A stretch of 64,000 nucleotides of DNA, from NCBI GenBank assembly GCA_038496445.1, contig JALMLS010000165.1:62001-126000 (forward strand), in the 5' to 3' direction. The notes under the pieces were generated by a model. It was not told the DNA's origin and made no database searches. It worked only from the letters and a program-made list of their open reading frames with translations. The DNA is from Trichosphaerium sp. ATCC 40318 (taxonomy: Eukaryota; Protista; Tubulinea). A program made the translations under genes and the position numbers. Numbering within the stretch: position 1 is the stretch's first letter; every line of letters starts with the position of its first letter. Positions 14,177 to 26,559 of this stretch are shown in pieces.

Positions 14177-15296
14177 TCAATTAGACACATCACAATCAGA
14201 TGGTACCTAAAGAAACTCGTTTAGCATTGGGTTGTGTACTTTTGTTTAGTGATTAGGTACCTCAAATGTTGCCGCAGTTGGTGGTTCAAGATACTCTATC
14301 GCAGTGTACAGTGTACCTGGTTGAAATTTACCGTTTTCTTGCACAGCTTTGTCCATGCTGAATATTTTTGTCTGGTCAAATGATACAGTAATCGTTGTGG
14401 TGACATTGTCCTGAGAACAAGTTTCTTTCCACTCTGACCAAACCTATAATCACGTGACTTAGTTAATAAAATACTAAGCTTAAAAGAGTAGTACTCTTTT
14501 CCATTCGCAGCCAGAATCAGTTTTTACAGGTTCAAAGTCAGTTTTACAGTCATTGCCGGAAACAATCCAGCTGTATGAAGTTCTCTATGAATAAAGAAAT
14601 AAGAAAAAGTGTATACACTCAAGATACAATGATTTTCGCTCCGTTACTGACCTACAAGCGATTGGGAATTGACCGGATTTTATGTTACTTTTTAGTATCA
14701 ATTTTCAGACAACGTATCATACATACCCCACTATGGCACTTATACATACCCGTACCCATAGTGTTCAAGAGAATAGAGAGTGTATGACAGTCATGAAAAT
14801 TTGAGATTTGAAACACGTGGTGTAAAATCTGAGTCAATTCCCTTGACAACAATTGCAAAGTACTCCCTTTTTTTTTCGGAATCAACAACAAGAGCAGGTC
14901 GTGGAGATTTTTTGTTCGAAATTGGTTTTACAACACGTACGTTTGAAGGTGTTTCGACGAGGAGTTTTTTGTGCACTGTGTCGTCGCCTTTAATGGAATA
15001 CTCGATGAGCTGGAAAAAGAAACAAGTTAGACGCATTTTAGACTCATTTTAAAAGAGATTATGCCTTCGCGGCGCGAAAGAAGCTTGTGTATACAACGTA
15101 CGTATTGGAAATCATCTTCAGCAGCAGCTACATACGCCATTGTGCCGGAGAAGCCTGGCGGTGGGTTTATACCATTGGAGTATGCTGTAAACTGGAACTG
15201 AATGCTTTTTGTCTCCGGTGTAGGAGGAATAGGAACAGGGTACAGATTCTGAGCGATTGATAGAGCTACAAAAGTGAGAGTGAGGAGAAGCTTCAT
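14177..15296 (-). CDS. Secreted ependymin-related (EPDR)-like protein
   Basis: Signal peptide MKLLLTLTFVALSIA, beta-rich body with Cys pairs, C-terminus PPTAATFEVPSDC; paralog at 37559. Confidence 0.55.
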
Positions 15297-16150
15297 TGTT
15301 CGTTGTTGTTTTTGCTTAAAAGGTGAGTTATTTGGGCGAAAAAGGAAATACGCAATTGCCTAATATGGAAACTATTTTTTAAACTCTAAATAACAACCTT
15401 CCAGCAAGTCAAAACATACGCAAACGTGGAATCACAAGCTAATTGTAGCATCAGCTACATTGACAACAAATTTAGGAATGTAGTGGAGCTGGTAGTAGGT
15501 CCTTCACTAGCCAGCATCAATAACAACATACCATCGTCTCTTGGGAGTAGGTAAATAGCTTTTGTGTTGCACAAGAATAGTGAAAAAAACAAGAAGTATG
15601 GCTGTCACCAAATTTGTCAGTTTGAGATTCTTATAATTACAAGAGTTGCGGTGCACAAGTTGTATTTCAAACAAGACAAAGTAAGTGCAAAAATCTGCCC
15701 AGCTGAACTGGTTTAGGCTTTTTGCGAAATACTTAACCAATTCATGAATTAGCGTTAAATTTCTGATATTGAGAAACTTGTAAGTTTAGGTATATTTTAT
15801 CGGTAGATGGTGGGTATGTCACAACCGATATCGTCTGTTTGTGGATCTTCAGAAGCTAGTATTTGTGGCAAGATGCCTAATAGAGAATGTACTGAAAGAT
15901 TGGTTGTAACATCTACAACATGTCGAGCAGTTTAGGTACAAGTTGCTATGCCAGACGGTCCGAACAATAAATACTATAGCACAACAGACTTGTACTCCAC
16001 TGTACATTTATGTACATTTACGCACGTGTCTCGCACGGAAGTTCGCAGAACTCAATTGAATTCTTCCTTAGTAATGTACTTAACCTAACTAGTCTCAAGA
16101 CTTCAAATTACAATAGGTTCTTTACAGATATCAAATATATTTGTTTTATT

Positions 16151-17030
16151 ATGACGAGTGTTGGACTTACTTTATACGGCCGTAAAACATCTTCAAACGT
16201 CCATAAAGTGCTTTGGGTAACAATCTAAACATCAGAAGAAAAGTCAACTGACATTGCTGTTTAAAAAGGTTCTCAAAGAGCTCAGAGTAGATTATAAACG
16301 CGTCGAAGCTGGTAAGAATAATGAATTAAACAAAGATAACCCAAAATACCTCTCAATGAACCCAAATGGCACTGTTCCAACAATAGACGATGGTGGGTTC
16401 TTGTTGTGGGAGTCTAACACGATTGTACGGTATTTAGCTCGTAAATATCAAAAAGAAGCTCAACTGTACCCACTTGATGCCAAGGATGCCGCTACAGTCG
16501 AAAAGTGGATGGATTGGTACAATAAAATACAGTATAAGTCTTTGAGTCTTATTTTCTTTCCCTCAAGGCATTTCGCGTTTCAAAGCATGTTGGCACCTCT
16601 ATTTAGGCATTTTTCACGCGTTCCAAAGGAAGCAAGGTATTGCTTTCGTAGTTATTTCGTTTAGTCATTGTTAAGAATTATTTGAGAATTACAATAAGCT
16701 CAATATAATTTTACTTTAGGGACCAAGCTCTCATCGCCACTCACACTGAAAATGTCAATAAGGTGCTTGTTATACTCGAAGGTACTTGCATACTACTATA
16801 AACACTCTTACTAATTAATATCTTCAGGTTGTCTTGCAAAACAAAAAAGTGATTTTCTAGCTGGGAATGACTTTACCGTTGCTGATATACCACTCGGTGT
16901 TTTGGTACACAGGTATTTCAGTATCAGTATTAAAAGACCATCTATGCCGCATGTGGAGGCATGGTATGGTCGTCTAACCAAGAGATCGGCGTACAAAGAA
17001 GTTGTGATGAGTATGAAAATGCCTCAGTGA
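16151..17030 (+). CDS. Glutathione S-transferase, bacterial GstB/YliJ-like
   Basis: LYGRKTSSNVHKVLW, MNPNGTVPTIDDGGFLLWESNTIVRYLA, VEKWMDW, FLAGNDFTVADI, WYGRL..RSAY; four introns. Confidence 0.92.
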
Positions 17031-17316
17031 AAAAATAAAAGTAACCGATTTTCGAGTCTGTTGTTACAGTTTTGGGGGAATGGTGACTAGCAAGTTATCA
17101 ATATTCAGACATACGTGGGTTGTGGGTTCTTTATTGTTTGGTTTGTGCTTCTCGCCATGTTGTTGTAAGCTAAGTTGTTGATTTATCACTAGAAACTATC
17201 GTTGACTTAGACAGAGAAAACAAATAACAGTCACGAAAATTCTTGTGTGCTCCTAAATACAATACTATTACCCTAATTACTACCATAAACGATATACCCA
17301 CCCTTTGAAGTATTAA

Positions 17317-17901
17317 ATGAAGCACCTAACGAGCGATGAAGACAAATACTCTTTAAAATCAGAGCCTTTGTGTCTATTACACCTTCCAGTTGAGATACAC
17401 CTAGATATTATCGATTTGGATGCATCAGTTTATAAACTATGGCCAATACTTTCAAAGTACACAGCAATAACAACACGGTATGATAGTGAGATGAAACAAC
17501 ATGGAAAATGGGGCAGTAAAGAATTTTTTTGTTGGCAAAAGATTTGGAAACATGGTGAGCTACATACAATGTACAAGTGGTATGAAACAGGCCAATTATG
17601 GGAACAGCATAATTACATCAATGGTATACTACATGGAGAGTACAATTCATGGTATAGCAACGGTCAAATGAACGAGCAATGTAATTACATTAATGGTGAA
17701 CTACATGGAGAGTACAAGTGCTGGTTTTGGGATGGTCAATTAGCGAAGAAGTGTTATTATAATAACGGTGAACCTCATGGAGAACTCAAGACTTGGCATG
17801 ACAACGGGCAGTTGTTTGAGCAATGTAGATACATCAATGGGAAGCTCAAAGGAGTGTACAAGTGCTGGTATGATAATGGACAAATGTTGGAGCTGTATTA
17901 A
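17317..17901 (+). CDS. F-box-like N-terminus plus MORN-variant (MORN_2) repeat protein
   Basis: LLHLPVEIHLDII followed by 23-aa repeats YINGxLHGEYxxWYxNGQ; intronless; frameshifted repeat remnants continue to ~18020. Confidence 0.8.
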   Translation: MKHLTSDEDKYSLKSEPLCLLHLPVEIHLDIIDLDASVYKLWPILSKYTAITTRYDSEMKQHGKWGSKEFFCWQKIWKHGELHTMYKWYETGQLWEQHNYINGILHGEYNSWYSNGQMNEQCNYINGELHGEYKCWFWDGQLAKKCYYNNGEPHGELKTWHDNGQLFEQCRYINGKLKGVYKCWYDNGQMLELY

Positions 17902-18269
17902 CATCAATGATAAGAGATGGAGAATGAGGCAATGATGGAGTAGAAATATAGTTTCATAAATGACAAACAATAATCGGCAGTATAAAAAGTGGTTTAGAAA
18001 TGGACAATTACAACCCAAACATTTTTTGATTATAACATGTTCAAGCGTCTAAAAAAACTCTTGTTCATATCAGATTAGATTTGGAATACTTTAAGTTACA
18101 ACAACTTAAGTATAAAGCCATAACCTTTATACAGGTGCTACCTAAAGTCATTATAACTAAACACTGTATATTATCACGTGACTTTACTCATCGAATAACT
18201 TTAAGCCAAAAAAGAGAGCATAAACTACTACAGTGCCTGAATAACATTTCTTCCGCAGATACCAAAAAA

Positions 18270-19850
18270 ATGAATATTGCTGTCCTTTCCGTAGAACAGG
18301 TTCTAACATACTATCGCAATGCTCATAAAGAAGCCATTGAAATAATTTTAAAAGTAAAGCGCCCAGCGTTCCTAGAACACATAGAAAGACTCGTAAGAAC
18401 TGTGAATTCAAGCCTTTTACAACAACTCAGACAAGCTCTTGAATGCCACATGGAGCCAAAAGATGACTATTTAACACAATTGACACGCTGTGAACGCACA
18501 GAGTACGTTCAATGTTAAGCTGATCATTTCTTATACTAACTTGTTGAGTAAAAAGCAAACACGTGATACCTAAGGAACTGAACATTCCTAATTTTCCTCC
18601 AGAGGTTACTTCAAACATTCTAAATTGTCTTTACGGCCAGGATAGATTCTCAGTAGCTCAGTCATGTCATCTTATGTCTGATATTATTCACGATATTGTT
18701 GGGTACAGCACAGTTTATATTTCGTCTGTACAGGACCTTGTAAGGATTAGCCAATACAAAGGCGTCATGAAAAATTCTATGGTTGTCATATGTGAGATGG
18801 AAGATTCTTTCTATTCATTACTAAGTGGCTGCTGCAGAATCAATGCAAGGTCCAAAAAGGGATCTTTTGTAACTGACAATGATCTTAAACAGCTTGCAGG
18901 AGTTCATTCTATTGACCTCCAAGGACAAACTTCACTAACTGATAAAGGAATCAAAGCGTTGGCAGATATTCATACTATTAATTTAAAATTTTGTAGGCAA
19001 CTTTCTGATGAAGGGATTAAAGCATTGGCTGGAGTGCATAAAATTAACTTGAACTGTACCTCAGTCACAGATAAATCTATAAGAGAGCTGGTTGGTGTAT
19101 GCAGTATAGACTTATCCAAAACTGCAATTACAGACGCTGGTATTAAAGCTCTTAAAGGTGTGCATACAATTAATTTGTCTCACTGCAGTCACCAACAAAG
19201 GTGTCAAAGAACTCAAAGGTGTTCACACTATCAATTTGGCAAACACTAAAGTTACAGATGAAGCTATACTATCACTCAAAGGCGTTCATAGCATTGACCT
19301 TTCTCATACTTCAGTCACTGATGAAGGCATCAAGGCATTGGCTGGTGTTCATACTGTTTCACTATCGCATACTTATATAACTGACAAGGAGGTATATATT
19401 TGAAAGGAATCCATACCATTAACCTATCTAAAACGCTTATTACAGATGCTAGTCTCAAGGCACTAGCTGGAGTTCATTCAATTAATCTTTATCACACTTC
19501 AGTCACAAATGAAGGAATTAAAGCACTCAGAGGCGTTCATACTAATTTTCTTAGCAACCCTCAGTCACAGATGAAGGGGTTAAAGCTCTTAAAGTTGCGT
19601 TCATAGTATTTACCTTTCCAATACTTCAATAACTGATGAAGGTATCAAAGCGCTAAAAGGTGTACATACTATTTACCTTTCTAATACTTCAGTTACTGAT
19701 GAGGGTATACAAGAACTTGATAGTGTTCATACCATATCATTGCATAACTCTCTAGTCACAGACAAATGCATCAAAGAACTCAAAACTAGAACTAACATTG
19801 TTTTTATATAGTTGTACAGTTTAGAATGTTTAGCTAACGAAACATACACA
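18270..19850 (+). pseudogene. F-box + 22-aa LRR protein, frameshifted
   Basis: F-box PNFPPEVTSNILNCL; repeats GIKALAGVHTINLSHTSVTDE continue across frameshifts near 19185, 19390 and 19550; probable upstream exon 18270-18502. Confidence 0.75.
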
Positions 19851-20317
19851 AAGAGCAGTATGGTATTGTACAAATGTTTATTTCCCTTAATCTTATCATC
19901 TGCTGCAGTACTTTTTATTCTAGTGTTTATTTTACATGTACTTAACATCTATTAAGTGAAAAGCTAAGTTTAGTCAAGGCACAAAATGTTGCAAACAAGT
20001 GCCTCGTACAAGTTCTCCTCGTGTAGCCAATATAGGGTTTCGCTTGCCAAGCGCGCCATATACCACATGTGTTATACCGCGAAATTTTCTTTGTACCAAC
20101 AGAATAACTGAGAAGGAACAGCAAGCCCAACAAAAAAAACCGCAAGCCTGTCCACCAAACAGAAAGTAGAAGACTTAAACTGGCTTAACATTCCTGCTCA
20201 ATTATGCCATGTACTAAACAGCCTGTAGGCTTGGTACTTTTGCTCAATGTATAGTAGTAGCCATCGCTTGATGAGCTCCCATCAAAATACCATCTGAAAT
20301 ACTTGTTAGCAATTTAT

Positions 20318-22862
20318 CTAAATTTTACGGATGGTACCATCATTAGTGCCCAATCTTTTCATGTCCCCATTTGAGTTTTGATTTCTTATGAGTGTTTTAA
20401 TAGACTCTATATCTCCAGGAACCCACCAGTATGGAACATTCACTAACTTAATCCCTAGAGCATATAAGATAAGTAACACGCACGTCAGTTTAAAGAAAAA
20501 AAAAACCCAAACAATCTCACCTGTTTCATTGCATAGTTGCGCTTTTTCAGCATCCAGGTACTGCACCATGGCAGTAGGTGATTGTGGTACTACTGTGTAA
20601 TAGTGATTTTCTCCTATGATGTAATGTTATCGCTAGCTGTTGCGTTTTAAATAATCTACCTTGGTATTCGATAGCAAGATTTTCTTCAACAACGTAAACA
20701 TCAACATTGACGATAACACCAGTAGAAAATCTACAACCAATTGGATGTTCTTCTCTTACAACGGAATTCGGATATATAGTTTTTACAGCGAGCTTAAGTG
20801 ATCTAAAAAAGTTGATGAGACTCAAAAACTTAACAACATTCCGGAACACTTGTTGCATTTTATAAGCTTTTGGCTGAACCATAGACTTCAATACGCTTTA
20901 ACAAATAAAACTAGACTAAAATATACGTTCATGAAAAACAAAAAGAAGTTCTTATCCTATAGGTATAAGGAAGGAAGAAAAATCGAAGAAAAAATACATC
21001 AAAGCTAACCTTTGTTTTGCCTTTTTGGAATAAAAAGCAAACTTGTTCCAATCCCAGTTATAGTTACTATCTAGAAGTGATAATACTCTAGGAAAATACG
21101 AAACAAAACCGGGTCCAGAATGACGGGATATTTGATCAAAAGAGACACGGTACCTGAATGTCAAAAAGTTAGTTGAAAAAAAAAGTTACACGTGAACGAA
21201 TTTACCAGCTTTCAAGATTTTCTAATTTTAGTTCCTTTGTAATCTTACTTAGGTACAATCGTTGATTTCCCTCATTCGCCCAGTACCCCATAGGAACTTT
21301 CTTTTTTACTTCGAAATACCAGTTGTGATCTGTATAGACATGTTTGAGCATCTTGCCAATAGAACCATGACTAAAATAACAAAAAATTAGGAGTTCCACA
21401 AAAGTAACCACCACGTTCATAGATAAACAAATATTTGAACTGAAACAATACAACATCGCTTATTTAACTATGTAGGGAGTATACCAACAATAGCGTAAAC
21501 GATGCACGTGTTTTCTAAAGTTATCCAGGTTTTTTTTTGGTACGTACTAAAAAAGCATGCTTTGTGCTCCTTTTGAACAAAACGTATCCCAACCAACATT
21601 ATACCACCCATCTAGGTCTTTAATACCAAGTTTCTGTCCAATTCGATCAAGTTTATCTCTTTCATTAGATCTATAGGTCCAATATCCATTCGGTTTTATC
21701 CTACACTTGTTTTTAATATTCAAACAACTCAAAGATTCCAGTACGATTTTGAGCCACGAAATACACGATTTGGTTTCCTCCTTTTTTTGAATAAACTCCC
21801 TGAAGGAGGTTCAGGTCTTGGAGTAAAACTGCGCCTACAGGAAGATATTAGTTTCAATAGAACAACTTCATTGTTTTTTTTCTTTCGCACCTTGTAGGCA
21901 CTTTTGTATCAATCCAAGTTGGCCAATTGTACTTTGGGTAAACAGCATCGAGAGCATAAAATAGACTTCCATACCTTAAATGTTGTTATTATGATTTTAA
22001 AGCAAACAATAAAAGCCGTATCAAGTTGGAAATAGTAAGAAAAAAATAGGAATTCTTACTCAGGTAAAAGTGTTTGAAGAGAAAATATTGTTTATGTATT
22101 TTTTAAAGAAACAATTTTCTTAATATGGCTGCAAGTAAATATACGTACTTTTTTACTACTTTTTTGAAGTCGTTCGTGTCAATAAACTCATCGTTATCAA
22201 ACAGCAACCACTCGTGCATTGTTTTAATATCTTCTCTTTGACCAACAATATCGAATAACTTCCGTTGATGTGTAACAAGCTCCCAATGATGCTTTGGTAG
22301 CTTCCTAACTCAAAAAGCTTAGAATCAACTGACACATCTTTCGTTTTTTCTTTCTTAGTGCCAACACGTACCTTAGTTCTTCTGGCATCCATTCAAAATG
22401 AGGATATGATTCCCTTAATACCTTAGATATCGACCCATTTGTCCTTCATAAACACATAAGGCATTAGGGGCGAGTTAAGAAAAAAGGAAAGTAAAAATCT
22501 GGTTATGTACTTTTTTAACGCACGTGCTCCACCGTGGTCTATTAAATCAGCTGTAGTAATACCATACCAATCATTTAGATACTTGAGGCCAAGAGACTCG
22601 CCAGCGTTATCGAGTTGATCTCTAACACTCGTTTTAAGGCGTCTACGTTGTTTTTAGCCGTTTTTTGGTTTGTAGTAATAGTGTACCGTCTGTTTGTTGT
22701 ATAAACTCGTTTAGGGGGCTCTTTTGAGCGCAGACGTGCTGTTGTAACAATAAATACGCGGTTTGATCCATACTTCATCGTTTTTTGATTATTTATAGGT
22801 AAGGATACTCTATTACGCGCCCAGGCACGACTAACAGGCGTTTTATCGCTTAAGCTTTGCAC
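20318..22862 (-). CDS. Trp-rich ~70-aa tandem-repeat protein with C-terminal RAP/PD-(D/E)xK-like domain (copy 1)
   Basis: Repeats PNGYWTYRSNERDKLDRIGQKLGIKDLDGWYNV and PMGYWANEGNQRLYLSKITKELKLENLESWYRV; C-terminus VDVYVVEENLAIEYQG..HY..D.EKAQLC..GIKLVNVPYWW; start uncertain. Confidence 0.7.
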
Positions 22863-23031
22863 AATTCGTTCGTTGCTACGTTACCGCTTTGAAACTCACC
22901 AGCAGTAGCCAACTCGTTCAGCTTTACCATATTTCACTATAATAAACTGTAACCGTTTGACTTGCGAACACCAAACAAGGCTTTATTTCTCAGTTTATGT
23001 ACAATTTGATTTATTTTTTTTCCACAGTATT

Positions 23032-24329
23032 TTAACGTTTTCTCTGACGCTTGCGTGATCCGCTCGAACCGCCTTGCCGTGCACGCTTACGAGCAGCTTC
23101 TTCAGCAGCTTTATTACGTAGAAACTCCCTCCTGTCTTCTTCTCTTCCAACACGTTCGCTAAAAACACATTAGTCTCTGTCTAAATAAACCAATCTCGTC
23201 ATGTTGATGGCACAACAGGCCGAAAAAATACGGTATTATTTCGGAAAAATCTAATTAGTCTCCCTTACCACGTGGTAGGGAGAATAAAAATAATACTTTT
23301 CAAAAAAAAATCAAAGATGGAGGATTTGTTTAACCTTCTTCGCTCCTCTGCGTCTTGCTCTGCAAATGAAGCCTCCATTGACCTATCATCTAATCTATCT
23401 ACATCTCCAAAATGACCAGGATTATAACCCGTCATACCCCTTATCAATCCATATCAGCAACCAAACAAACGAAAAAAAAGCAATGCAAAAGCTGTTTTGT
23501 ATTTTTAGTGTACCTCAAAATTTTCTTCCAGTTTTGATCATAATACTTTTCTGTATCATTAAGATCATCCTCAATAAAACTATCTTCCTCACTAGAACAA
23601 AATAAAAGCGTTAATACGAGCTACAACATGGTAAAAAATCCAAAAAAAACAACCAAAATTCAGAACTCTAAAATCTCTTGATAACGCGTCTGTACCTGTC
23701 AGAGTAATCAAAATACTTATCTACATCATCTCTACGTCGAGCTGGCTCTATAACAACAGCTCTACGCTGCTCATACCATTTCTTCTCTCGCTGTTGTTGA
23801 ACTCGAGGCGGATTTTGTGTTTTGGAGCGTTGTATAGGTTTATTAGAAGCTCTCACTGAAATAGACCGTTTGGGCGGTGGTTGTCTCCTTGGGGGCGGGT
23901 CGTTGCGTGGTTTTGATGCTCTTTTCTTTTGACGTTCAATGGAGTTTTTACCAAAGAACGAGAACGTCTCTGGGACGAAGTCTTTAGCTTTTTCTTTTCT
24001 GCCACGCTTCGTTGTCGATCTTTGAGATGCCTGCTTCCGTTGACCGGCAGAACCTACACTTGTGAGTACGTACAGGGCTTTTGTTTTTTGATTTCTACAA
24101 TGTCGCTTTGATTTCCGTACGTTTTGTTCTAGTAGGCGCTCTTGTCTTTTTCACCTTCGGTACATAGTTTTTAGGGCGTACAGGTACAATCTCTACAAAA
24201 TTCGGGTAAACGAAAACGTTTCTATTTAATTCGTCTAATATTCGCACCCTTCTTCTTAGTTTTGTATTTATTGACAGCTGCGGCTGAGAATTTCAAATTT
24301 TGATAATCAACATCACGTAAATCGGCCAT
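23032..24329 (-). CDS. SPT2: SPT2-family histone chaperone / chromatin protein
   Basis: Basic low-complexity N-terminus; C-terminal SPT2 signature DDRSMEASFAEQDAEERRSERVGREED. Confidence 0.75.
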
Positions 24330-24856
24330 TTATAGCGGGAAACAATTATATAACGATTATTTGCCTCATACGTCTATTGGAAGATAAATACGCCTTACTG
24401 AAGCAGACTTAAAAAAGTATTCAGTTAAACGTCTTGGAACGGATTACAAGTCTTCGCGAAACGTTTGTAAAACAGCTTTGGAAACAGTAGGTTCATCGTT
24501 TTTGTACTAGGGGTCTCCAGAATGGATGTCTGAAGGCTACTATCCACAAAGTATTCAGATCGCTAAAACGGCGGATAATTTAATCTCCCAAACGCTTGAT
24601 ACTTGCACTGTGGCTTTCTTGGCAACAGTAATTACAATTTGTACACTATTGTACAGAATTATCCGATTTTTGAGTACAGTTAGCTATGACACGTGGTGTG
24701 ATGAAACGACAAAAGTTTACGTTATTTTCAAAGAAATCAGAAACGTCGACAGTTAAAATTGTTTTTCTCAGTTTTATATGAAAAAAAGACGTCAGCACAT
24801 GAGCCATCATTCAACTAAAGTAGAGTTATTAACACAACACGTACAGAGTATAAAAA

Positions 24857-25611
24857 ATGGGCAACTTTGTGAGCATGATACTGAACAGGTTCGACTTGGT
24901 GAAATTAGAAACTAAGGTCCTTATGGTAGGATTAGATGCAGCTGGTAAAACTGTACGTTATTATTATTACATAGTTTGTTTTCCTTAAAGAACAAACAGG
25001 CTCTACATCTTTAAATTTAATTTGTTTTTTATTTTCGAATTTTTTTATCACTTTCTTGTTGTCACGTGGCTGACATGTATTTGGTTTAGTCTATACTGTA
25101 TAAATTACACCTCGGTGAGTTGGTTTCTTCAGTTCCAACTATTGGGTTCAACATAGAGCAAGTAGAATACAAAAAACTTACAATGCAGATATGGGATATC
25201 GGTACGGTTTTTTTTTTCTTAGCACATCACGATCTCTTACATTGAACTAATGCTGTTTTATCAGGTGGTCAAGATAAAATAAGAAAGCTATGGTGTCACT
25301 ACTTTAATGGTGTTAACGCTATAATATTCGTCGTTGATTCATCAGATACAACAAGACTTAAAGAAGCAGCACATGAGCTTAAAAAATTAACTTCAGAGGA
25401 TCAACTTCGTGGTGTTCCAGTTTTGGTTTATGCAAACAAACAAGACTTACCTGAAGCACTTGAAATAAATAAGATAGCCGACTCACTAAATATGCACGCT
25501 TTGAGAGGAAGAGAGTGGCATGTTCAAGCTAGTTCAGCGTCTTTAGGTCGTGGACTGTACGAAGGGTTAGAGTGGCTAAATGATACTGTAAAAAAAAATA
25601 GAAACATGTAA
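24857..25611 (+). CDS. ADP-ribosylation factor family GTPase
   Basis: MG start, [48 protein letters not shown]; two introns. Confidence 0.95.
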
Positions 25612-26559
25612 ATAAAAGAAAGACTGTAAGATAGTTTGATTATTTTAGACACCATCAAACTGGTAGTAAAAGATAACAGCAATAGATAGAGAGCGATTAC
25701 TTCCAAGATATAGTTTATGCTGGTAGCTGCTTTATGTTTTGGGACAACCACAAGAATAAATAGCAAGGTTGTTTGACCTGACCCTCACTATTTTGTTTAT
25801 CATCAAAATACATAGTTATTTGAGGCTGTTTTTAACAAACAGTGGAAAAGAATATGAAAAGTTGTATACACAATGGATAATATGAAAACCTAGACTACGC
25901 TCATTGGCTGAGCTTGTTTGTTTTACAGAGAGACAGCTTTGTAATGTTGATTTATGTGGCTTCATTGCAACTTCAGTTTATTTACATTACTAAACCTCAT
26001 AGTAGTCTTCGATCACTATTGTCCATATCATTCATGTCTATCAACTACATATTATTGCCAATGATATTACATATAACCATGTAATGGTACACGTTTGGAT
26101 GACGTTATTTAGTGAGGCTTTATCGAAGAAGACAAGTCAGCGAGTAAACTTTTTTGTTGAAAAAAAACCAAAACGCACTTGTTATAAGGCTATAAGCGTT
26201 CTTTTCTATCTGGACTTTCAATTTTCTGGCCATCCCGAATAATAATTCATCAGATAAATAGGTGAGATTTTATTGAAAACTCTCAGAGTGCTTTATGGCC
26301 ATTGAAAGATAAAAACTGTTTTTGTTTTTTTTACCAGTTTGTAATTAAGTTGCACTTTGTTTAAATCCTTTAATGACAAGAGGTTGCATCATATTCCCAG
26401 AATATTCTGGTCCTAAGAACAAACCGTTAACAACAATAACTTACAAACAATGTATTAACCACAGGCCCATACAAGAGTGAAACACGAAGTCATTTTTGGG
26501 AAACATCAGAAAAAGAAGCAATTTGTTAAAAAAACAGAGTTTGGTTGTTTGTTTCATTT

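Noticed and set aside
15340-16000. Possible transposase or gene remnant
   Set aside because: Short broken frames with no motif I can recognise
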